From Phallusia mammillata (Eukaryota): 64,000 nucleotides of DNA. The translations under genes and the position numbers were made by a program. The notes beneath the pieces are model-generated. The model had not been told where the DNA came from. It searched no databases and was given only the letters and a program-made list of their open reading frames with translations. Of the stretch, positions 42,501 through 52,800 are shown piece by piece (the stretch's first letter is position 1; each line of letters opens with the position of its first letter). The stretch is from positions 11,966,001 to 12,030,000 of the forward strand of contig OZ281500.1 in NCBI GenBank assembly GCA_965637545.1. Reading direction: 5' to 3'.

Positions 42501-45500
42501 AGACATCACCCCTTTAAATATAAATGAAGGTTTGGCAACCAGTGAACAACATAAGAAACTGAAACTTCCAATTGTGAAAACCGAATCAGGGTTATCAGAT
42601 GAAATTCCACAAATGGGCAGCGAAGTCAGAGTGTCCCCTGTGAACACGTTTTCCGAGAATTTTGTTCCACGTGTTGCACGAGATGAAAAAGAGGTTGCAA
42701 GTCGAAGGGAGAAGCTTAAAGATGTGTTAAGTGCCCTAAAGAAAATCCGCAACTTGCGAAACCAAGAAACCTGTGATTTACTATTAAAGCCAGTCGTTTT
42801 TGCGCAATCTCATGAACCAGTGGACAAACAGCCTAGCTCTCTCGACCTTGTGAGTGTAAACCGAGTGGTTATTGCCAGTTGCGTCGATTCTAACCTCGTC
42901 AATTTGGGTGATATCTTTACCAAGCAGTCCGCGCATGCCGCGTCGCTTCTGGAAGGAGCAGGACTGAGTGCTTTCGCTCGTTCCCGCAACGCCAGGTCTG
43001 AAGGCGACCCTTACTTTGCGTCGGTATGGGATTATGGTAAACTGCCGAAATTTTTCGAGGAAGTGAGGGTGGTCAAACCGTTAAAGAGGTTGAAGCTGCT
43101 AAAATCAGGTTACCGCGCTGCCAAACCCAATGTTTTGGGAATGCATCGTTTAAAATCGTTGAAGAGGGCAATGCTTCACAAAAAGCCAAAACAGACTCAG
43201 ATCCAGCGTATCAAGCCATTACGCATTGAAATAGAACCAGTGGCTAACAAGGACTTTAACCAAAAAATGGAACCTGATTTGTGGCAGGTTCCGAAGCAAA
43301 GCGTATCGGCCGTTGTTGGAGGTCTCGAGTATCTGTGGGGTGAGATTTTACAAAATCCTCTACCAAAAGTGCCAATGATTACCAGCACAAATGAGTCAAA
43401 GCCTTACGGAGCTATAGTCATGTGTAACAAGCAAGTTGAGCACGCGTTGGGGGCGCTATGCAAAGACGACGACATCTTTACTTTTTCCAGCAAACGTTTA
43501 ACTACTGGCAAAGGACAGAAAAACGTTTTGCTGATCAGTCGCAAGTATGTACCGGAACCTAGACCGCGAAGACGACGTTACCGTAAGGATTCCATAAATG
43601 GCGAATGCCCCTGTATGCAAATGAAGCCGTTTACATTCGAAGCAGAGATCGACACGCCGCGAGCTGAAAGCCCTAATAAAATTTTGTTGAAACTTAAAAA
43701 AGTACAAAACGATGAATCAATGTTATACAAAACGGACAATGAAAACGAAGATACTGCCACAGATGCCAATCGGCCAAAGCCAATTGTGGAGGAAGGTGGT
43801 GCAAGGAAACTGCAAGTCGAGGTGCAAAATACTGAGCAAATATCTGCAGATTTGGGAGAACTTAAAAATCCCGATGTGGAATCGCAGGATGATAATCCAT
43901 CGACGTCCACTTTCCTGTCCACAAAACCAAAACACCTCGAAGATCAGTTGCAATCTACAACAGATAACGCTATAACCGAAGAAAACAACAGCGATAGCAA
44001 CGTTATCTCTGCGGCTGAACAGATCGACTTGTCAACACAAACCACCTCACAGCTGGGTTTAGAAAGTTTTTCAAAAGTAGCACATGGGGTGCAATCATCA
44101 GATGAATGGGTTACACCGCCCAGTTCACCACTTTATCTGGGCGGCAGCAAATCGCGGATAGCCACTCCGAGTACCTTTTTACGCAAAACAGGTTTGGATA
44201 CCAGCACTCCACACGCAAACGCACCAGACAAGCAAGCTGGTAAATTGGGATCGCCTATAAGCAACGAAATCAGTTCTGAACAAACTGAAGGTGGTTTGCA
44301 CAACGACGAGCTGCACCAGTTTTTGTCCAAATTGAATGAGAACAGTCTGGATCTTTTGGAGAGCGTGTTGATGTGGTGCGAGCCAGACCAGCTTCCTCCA
44401 TTGCAACTCTTCATGTCCTTGCATGACGTGCACAATGATACCACAGAAGAGGACAGAGCTCGAATGATGACGTCAATAAGCCCTTCATGCCACTCTCGTT
44501 GCGAAAATTTGCTATCCTTTGGCTCACCGGAAGTAATAAGAGGCATCACTCACTCCAAAGGCTCACCGAAACCGGCTGCAGCTGCTGCTTCCATGTCGCC
44601 TAACGAAAGTGGTGCTGATTTTAGAGGCAGTCCAGTCTCTCCGGGTTGCATGGGAAATACCGACAACAGCAATAACCTGGGACGCTTGACTGTGCAGCAC
44701 AACGGTTCGGCGTTACTCAAACCATGCAATGTAGTCCTTGAGCCTATTACCTCGCTATGCAAAGATATGGAAAACGGAGTAGGATCGACAAAGTCGACAG
44801 CCACCTCATATCACCGCAGGCTTTATGAAAAGATACTGAAGAATCATGCCCTGAATGGCGCTTACTGGAAAAACACTTCTTCTTTGCCGGGCGTACAAGA
44901 CACAGCAAGGTTATTGCGTGATCGGGTTAAGCGTAAGCGATCAAGTAGTGATGAAAAAATGGAAGAGGAATCTAGTGAGGAAAGCAGTGAAGATTCAGAT
45001 GATGAATCCTCTGTACAAGGTACGGTTAAAAGCAAAAGTCATACTCTCTGCTTAAAATTACCTAACTAGAAACGTTACAGCTGTATTTGTTTAAAAACAG
45101 TCCAACCATGTGCTCGAATTACTATTTGCAGGTATACCCTTTCTTTTTGTAAAATGATAGCAAAAACTTATTATGGAAGGGGACACATATTGATTTTACT
45201 CAAATTGTTTTTTTTTTTTCTTTTTCTTCCCAAAGTTTGTCCGACTCGTTTTTCCATCAAATGTTTGATGGATGTGGCTGAAACTTATACGGATGGTAGA
45301 TAAAGTTATGTAGATGTACGTCCCACTTTGTTTGTCCAAATAACCCTAGTATTTACCCCGCTACCCACTAAAATGGGTGAGTTTGTAAACAGTGTCAGAA
45401 TTAATACTCATAATTGAAACTTAAAGCTGGAATCACCCAGTCCGTTGCTTGGTGGATGAAGACTAAAACTCCTTATAGCAATAGATGTAAGTTCAGAAAA

Positions 45501-48494
45501 ACCACTTAGTTGTTCACCCTTTGGTTTTAAAGATATATTCTATTTCGCTAATACAGCATCGTCAGTATCTTATTCAAATAGAATATATCTTTAAAACCAA
45601 AGGGTGAACGACTAAGTGGTTTTTCTGAACTTACATCCAGTGTCAGAATTGGCTGAAATTTGGATAGCTTATAGAGTATGCCATTTATAGATGTCAATTG
45701 GTGTGTTCAACCCTGTAGCCCCAACATTTACCCCACAAGCCCCCAAAGTGTAAAACATATTTGTATGTTACTGGGCACCACAAACGAAAGATTTCTGTTG
45801 CTCAATAGTGTTACAAGGGCAAGCAGTTGTATGTTACTCGTTTGTGACTTTGTGGATTGGTGAACATTTTTGTGCCATGGCAGTTAGGGGGTTGTTAATG
45901 CCATGGCAGTTAGGGCAGCCCTATGATGTAAGAAACATTAACGGTTGTTGCTCAAAACACCTCTAGTGGTCGAAATTTTAAACATTGGCGGATTGGGCTG
46001 AAATTTTGCAGTACTATTGATTAAGTCATTGAGGTTTTATATTTTTTAGTTTGTGTGTCGGACCCCATTAGTTACCCTACTAGCCCCCTAAAATGGGTCA
46101 GTTTTTTAAACAGTGTCGGGATTGGATAAAATTTGGGTAGTATGTGGACTATGCTATTTGTAGGTTTCAATTGATGTGTTTTACCTTTTAGCCCCAACAT
46201 TTACTCAACTAGCCCCCTAAAATAAATGAACTTTTAAAAAACGTCCTAATTATGTGAAATTCGCAAAGTTTATTAAACATACTAAGTGCTCAAATGTTAT
46301 GTTTTGCCCTGTAGCACCACAACTTAACCAAGTAATCTCTAAAATGTGTAACCCTTTTCACAATGTTCGAATTGAATGAAAATTGGACAGCTTGTAGAAT
46401 TTGCTATTCATTTTTTGTTTTATCCCATTATGCCACTACTTACTCCTTCGTTTCTTTGAAAAAGAACGTTAAATAGGACATACTTCAAACAATACCTGGG
46501 GTGAATCTAAATTTATATAGTTTGTACTCTACATAGTATTAATATTTAAGCCCAGTCCCGATCACTGCGTTTTACGTTACAACACTAAAATTTCACATGG
46601 TTATCTCTTGAATGCATTATCTACAACGTTGCATGTGTGGGGACCCATGAGTTTCTGCTTGCAGAAACAACTAAGGTTATAAAAGACAGTGGATGGTATG
46701 GGACCCAATATAAAATAAGCATAGAAAATATATCAATGTTTTAAAATAGGTTATAGTGTACATGCAAGGGCAATATGTGCTAAACCACCCTTCTAGTTTC
46801 ATTTTTAACTTAGTCTGAGTCTATACGTTATCCGCATATATATTAGCGATTGTACAGCCTAAAGACTTTTTAAACTTCAATCTCAGTTCCTTCGGGTCCC
46901 AAACGCAAGAGGCTAGGCAATGTTGAATACACGCGTGTCAACAACCAATCCATTAATGAAGTGGTAAATCAACTGTGGAAGAATCAGTCCGGAACCGAAC
47001 CTACCCATACGAAGAACCAAGATCACACCCAGGTAAGAATAAAAAATAGAATTAACGTAATAAACTTCTGTACCGTGTTGATTGGCATACTTATATATTT
47101 CAGGGTGGAGTCACAGAGCAATATAAGTTTTTCCACTTGCTCATGTCTCAACATTTTGATCTAACCCAAGTTATGTCTTGGATGCTAAACACTACAGCAA
47201 CTAATCCAAGACCCTTGCTGTCTCCATACCTGGTCGCTAAAAGAAACCGAATTCGTGTTGCCTTGGAAAAATCACGGTAAGACCTATTAAATTTCGCACA
47301 TTTCAGGGTTTATACAATTTAACATTTTCTGGTTGTAGAACAAAGTCACGGTCACGAAGAGCAAGCAGCGTTGTTTCGACTACGTCATCTGTGACGTCAT
47401 GTAACGATGACTTGAAAGTAGGAAGAAAGAGGAGTTTCGGTCAGGCCCTTCGAAAAAAGAGTAAAGGCAAGTTGTTTAATATTTTTCTTCCGTACAGAAT
47501 GATTTGCATTTGCTGTGGCCTGTGGATAACACTCAAAATAGCCTGTCTCAACTTTGACAAAACTTGTCCCGTTAAAAGTTATAATTTGAACTACCTTTCT
47601 TTTTGTCACCTTGTAATTGTTTTAGTTGTACACATTGTGTTATTTTGACTTCTTTGCATGTTAGGTTTCTGAGCTTTGCCTACACAAAAAAACACCAATG
47701 CAAAGCCGTTAAGGGCATGTTGTAACATGTATTTATTTGTTTGCTGTGCAGATTTTTTGACTCCTTCCAAAACAAATCGTTGCAAGTCAATAACTGACGA
47801 GCAATTCGAAGCATTACGAAAGCAGCTTTTCTATTTGCGGCATCCCGACTACAAGGGGAAGTTGCACACAAACGGTAACCAAGCGGTGGTCACCATCACT
47901 CCCACAGAGCTTGTCGTAAGATCCACATCTCTCCAACTTCACCACATAAATGAAGATGAGGCTCGAAAATCTGCTACACCATTCCTAAACAAACGTGTCA
48001 TAATGAACGGAAACTCTTCAAATGACATCGTTGTCCCGAGCAAACGACGTCGCATGTTTGCCCCCTGCCGCACTCCCCCGCATGACAACCAACCTGATGA
48101 CGTCACACCTTTCTCTCAGTCGCTTGTTGAGAGTGAAAGTTTGGATGACGATGCTTCTGAATGGCATGAATCGCCACAGCCGATGAATTCTCCTCCACTC
48201 GTCCAAAGGAGAAGAGGGAGAGGCAGAGGAAGAGGACGACCCCGCAGGATCCTCTCATCGAGTGCTCCACATCTTCAAAGAGGAAAGCTCTTTTCATCTT
48301 CTCGTGGAAGAGGACGGGGTTCACGGGGTCGTGGTGCGTCCCGAATGGCGAAGTTGGTTGTAGGTCACCATTCTGAACAGTCTGAACATGAACGCGGTCC
48401 CAGGTTGAACTCGAGATTTGCCAACAAACATTCAACAGAAGGATCGTTTCTGCAACGCATTCTTGAAAGTGGCAACTTTGAAAAATATGTGTAG
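36538..48494 (+). CDS. Uncharacterised ~1940-aa probable nuclear protein with C-terminal AT-hook/RG tract; exons approx. 36538-36631, 37480-37607, 39194-39290, 39351-39422, 39599-39681, 40268-40450, 40914-41995, 42120-45019, 46887-47032, 47104-47276, 47339-47466, 47752-48494
   Basis: Long open exons (1082, 2900 and 743 nt) are joined by phase-compatible splice sites. The product is S/P/K/R-rich and low-complexity, with several basic NLS-like clusters and RRRGRGRGRGRPRR. No family was recognised. Confidence 0.75.
45403..45637 (-). mobile_element. Penelope-like retroelement remnant (inverted pseudo-LTR-like) with 13-bp flanking direct repeat
   Basis: CAGTGTCAGAATT occurs at 45390-45402 and 45638-45650 and interrupts the host repeat unit. 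The insert has 62-bp inverted arms (45484-45545 / 45576-45637) and a hammerhead core on the minus strand. Confidence 0.6.
45530..45571 (-). ncRNA. Minimal type I hammerhead ribozyme motif
   Basis: The minus strand reads AAGAUA-CUGACGA-U-GCU-GUAUU-AGC-GAAA-UAGAA-UA-UAUCUU: stem I of 6 bp, stem II of 3 bp, a 2-bp stem III and an AUA cleavage triplet. Confidence 0.6.
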
Positions 48495-48958
48495 AATCGC
48501 TTGCTTTCGCGGAAATAGCCAGCATGTTGGTCCCAATACAACACAATTTGGAAAACATTATGTAACATTATCCCTATTTGTTTTCTACTGCCAAACACGC
48601 CTCGAACATATATAAGTTTTACCCTTAGCTGTGCTCAATTTAGTTGTCCGTTGTGTTTTGTTATACCGGTGTCTGCGCAACCAAACATTCAATTCATTTC
48701 TTGTTCGTTAATCTTCATTGCATTTAGTCCTTTGCTGTAGCCATAAAGCTTCTTTCAAAGCTGACGCATCCTAAACATGATTTTGTGACCTGACTTACGC
48801 TGCTTGTCGCATTTTCAATCGTGTGAAGGTACGTACTCGCCTTTTATCGGTAATAAATGAAAAATTCGGGACTATTTGTGGGTCTTTTGTTTTTGACAAC
48901 CCGGAGATTAGTGTTGCAAATTTATTTGGAGGGCGGTGGGGTAATAATATTTGGCTAC

Positions 48959-49371
48959 CAGGGATGGGCCGAGCCGGGCCAGAACCCGAATACTCGGTAC
49001 CGAGCATTGCTGTTTTTGATGCTCGGTGCTCGGCCGAGCAGTTGCACGTACTGACCCAAGCATTAAGTTTGCATATTTATGCTCTGCTAACATATGAAAC
49101 AATTTTTCTAAAGGTTAACCAAGAACAAAAGTAACTGTTTTTTATATGTGCTAGACTAGATGGTGGAAAAAACGTACTTCTGGGGCCTGTAGAGTTTAAT
49201 ACACGGCTGTTGACGTAAGCCTAAGGGACATGGAAAGCAACAAAATTAGCGTGGAAATGTTAATGTTTGTGACGTCACAATGCATTGAGCGTGCTCGGCC
49301 TAGCACCAAGCACTAGTGAGATGCTCGGTGCTCGACCAAACATAACATTTGCATGTTTTGGCCCATACCTA
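48959..49371. mobile_element. hAT-family MITE
   Basis: Imperfect TIRs CAGGGATGGGCC / GGCCCATACCTA, a perfect 8-bp TSD TTGGCTAC (48951-48958, 49372-49379), and repeated GCTCGG/CCGAGC subterminal motifs. Confidence 0.88.
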
Positions 49372-49838
49372 TTGGCTACTATGCATAAAACTGTAAATCT
49401 TTCGACAACTGCTAATGACTAAAAATGTGCATATGATGCGGACTTATATTTCTTCATAACCTCGGCATTCATACATAGGAGCAAAAATATATAAGCTACA
49501 CGTTTCACCTGATTTTTGTACTTTAATTAAATAACATCACAAATTGGTTTGTACACATCAAATAGAATCAGAACAATATCTTTAAATTGAAAGTAACTAA
49601 AAATATATATATTTATTCAAGCTAAGAAATGACATGCATTTTTGTTCGCACCGCTAACCATTACCCAAAGCATCGATTTGTAAAACCTGCAAAGCAAATA
49701 AAATGCATTCATCTGAAAACAAATTGATGCATAGTAACACAGTGTGAAATGTACAGTGAGAAACAATGGTGCACAATTCCAGATTATAAAATGATATACG
49801 TGGAAATGCAGTGATAAAAACCTGCAGCCTGATATTAA

Positions 49839-52800
49839 TTACTCTTCGGTCAACACCTCTTCAATCATACTCTCAACCTGTGGGCAACGAATTATGGTTA
49901 GATAGCCATCATCACTAAATAAAAGTTTTGTCAATATCGTTGCTGATAAGTAGAATTCCATAGCTTGATTTAAATACCTTTAAGTAGCCTATGTGTTTAA
50001 ATAGAATAGTCACCCAAACATAGAACGTGGCAGCTCCAGCGCTGGCATCACGAATAACCTCCAAATCTGCGTCTCCCATCACACTTCGAGCTTTAAGGGC
50101 GTCCGAAGGAGAAATGTCATTGATGTTGCATTGTGAGATTTTACGTTTCAAACCTTCGCGGCCTGTTTTCCCCAGCAAACTTTGGATGTTGCTCCATTTC
50201 TTAAGTTAATAATTCGTTGAAAATCTTTTGACTGTCATACTCTTTATTCAGGCACAAATATGTTCGCAACAGCAAAAACGTTCCGGTTTAGCATATTTTA
50301 TGGTATTTGTTTAGAATTAAACGGAATCGGATTTTGCAGTCATTTTATGCCGTTTCAAAAATTTAAGCAAAATCTATCATTGAAAACGACATTTTAGACA
50401 AATGATATTTTTTGTTTAAGTCCCAAAGTTTTGCAAATTAAGAAATATTAACGAACCTTCGTTTGTTTCGCGGGTATTCCGAGCAACAAATAGGTGGCGA
50501 TCATGACATTGTGAACTGCAGGGATAGGATTTTGATAGCTTCTAATTTCAGCAATTGTGCTTTGCTGTAATTCCATGACCTGTAACAAAGCAAAAATCAT
50601 GACATCCAGAAGAAACAGGGTCCAAGAACGGGTTAAGATAAATGTACAAAACACGTGGACATGGATTTCGTATCGCTACACAACTTATTTTCTGTTACTG
50701 AAAAAATAGTAATAAAACCGTAGGACCTCGCTTCTGAGAACTTCAATTCTCTTCAATCTCTCCAGAAGTTCGTTAGCATGGGCAAACTCTTGAGCCAGTT
50801 CATCTTCAGAATGATGAAATCCCATGTTGCGCACTTTTTGTAAAGCTTCCTCCAAATCAGTGATTGTGCGGTGGTGAGATGCTTCCTTCAAAGCTGAATA
50901 AATGATACTTGTCAAAAACTCATACACCAATCAACAAATAACAATATACTGTGAAGTCAAACTAAATTTATCTTACATGCCGCAAGACAGCCATTCACCA
51001 TGACCGATTTTAGACTTGATAGTGCGAAGATCGGAATCAATTTTTTATTCAATAAGTTACTTGTTCCTCCACGAGAGAAAAATTAACCCTAAATGGAATT
51101 CAAAGAATTAAGTTCCGCCAAGTCACACCTTCTCGACTTTGCAACATCTGAAGAAGACGCTCAGCTTTTTCTAAAATATCGTTGGAGGTTTGGTGTTTAG
51201 ATTTGGCGCTTTTGTACTCATTGATCGCAGACTCCAGAGAGCTTTGGTCGTCACCGTCAATTGCATCCTCCAAAATGAATCGGAGCCGTTCTTTTTCTTC
51301 CATTGCTGCGTTAAAACGTTTCTATACACTGGCAACGTATACAGATAAACTAAAACACAGACATTTACCTTTTGCCTCCTTTTCTGCTCGCCTGGCCTCT
51401 CTCCTGGCTTTTTTCTTTTCCTCCTTCTCACGTCGCTTAGCAGCCGCCGCTGACAACCGTTTTAGTTTTTCTTCTTCCTCCAATCTTCTCAATTCGTCTT
51501 CTTTCTCCTTCCGTTCTGCCTCTGCAGCTTCCTGAAAGTATGCACAAAAAATAAACACAAGCAGACTGCTGCAAAAGGTTATTTTGTTCAGCGGTAAGTT
51601 GTCAAAAAGGTGTTTAATAAAGGCCATATATTACTTAACGCTAGAGTACTAAGAAAAACTGGGACAACTCCATACCTCTGCACGACGTTGTTCGTCTTCG
51701 CTGTTTTGTGATAAACGCCTTTCATCTGAACAAATACCAAAGTTTGTGCAACCGAAATATACCACTCTTTTTACGGGAGATTGTGCTATTTACAAGATCT
51801 TGGACATTAATTTTCGTGAGTATAAAGTTACATGTGTAATTTTCTTCCTTTTGGACTACTAATTGATTGTAGGTTATCCGATTAAATATTTATACATTTA
51901 AAGAGCCTTTAGAGCTTTGCTTTAGGTAGCTTAAAATATACTTGAATATGCACCTTGGGAAACAGATTCATGTAGAAGTGGCGAAGCAGCACGAGATTCC
52001 TGTACACAAAACATTTAATGTAAATAAAAAAAGCATCGGGATTCAAACCAAAGAATAAACCTTAACAATGCCTGCCAGCTTACCGTTGGATTTGATTCTG
52101 CATCTTCGTTGTCGCGGCTCGATGGATTGTCATCTACGTAAATACAAATGTATTTTTTTTTAATACATATGTATACCAAAAAATAAGAATATTAGGACAA
52201 ACAATATTTTAACTTTTTCAAAAAATTTTTGGCGGTTTGTGTGCTTCTCATATTGAGGCTGTGCATGAACTCAGTAAGTCAGATATAAAACTTATCGCAA
52301 TAAACAACACATAAAGTAAATGTGCTTTTTTCAACTTACCTGGTATAGCGGTTTCAAACATAACTGAAGAAGCAGCTTCGCCGTCCTATACAAACAAATG
52401 CGTTAGTCTTAAAAAATAGGCATTTTTTGACGTTTTTTTATTGTTGTCAGCGATAATTTAAATTTTGACACAATATCAACATTATTTCGATTTGGCCAAC
52501 AAAAGCCTAACACTAAAATTTGTTGTCAGTAAGAACTGCCAGCTTACTTTTGCACTTCCCTCTTCGTATTCGTCTTTGAGTGACTGACGTTCGTCTGCAA
52601 ACATATATACTGTATGGACTATACATGCATATAGGCTACTAACTACAGTGTATTTGTATCAGACTTTACACCAGTGGTCGGCAACCGCCGGTCCGCCGCC
52701 CGGTACCGGTCTGCGAGGAGTTCGTTACCGGGCCGTATAAATTTCCAGGTTAAATGCTATAAAACATTTTGCCCATGTATCCCGGGCATGATAAACTAAT

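Larger units (their letters stand above)
45168..46796 (+). mobile_element. Helentron/Helitron-like non-autonomous element (copy C) carrying a nested insertion
   Basis: Subterminal inverted repeat CACATATTG (45184-45192) / CAATATGTG (46771-46779), T-rich 5' tract, internal ~130-bp repeats, and a TTCTAG-TTT end; homologous to copy B. Confidence 0.7.

Noticed and set aside
40730-44804. Long minus-strand ORFs (100-160 aa) opposite the large exons
   Set aside because: Antisense shadows of the + strand coding exons.
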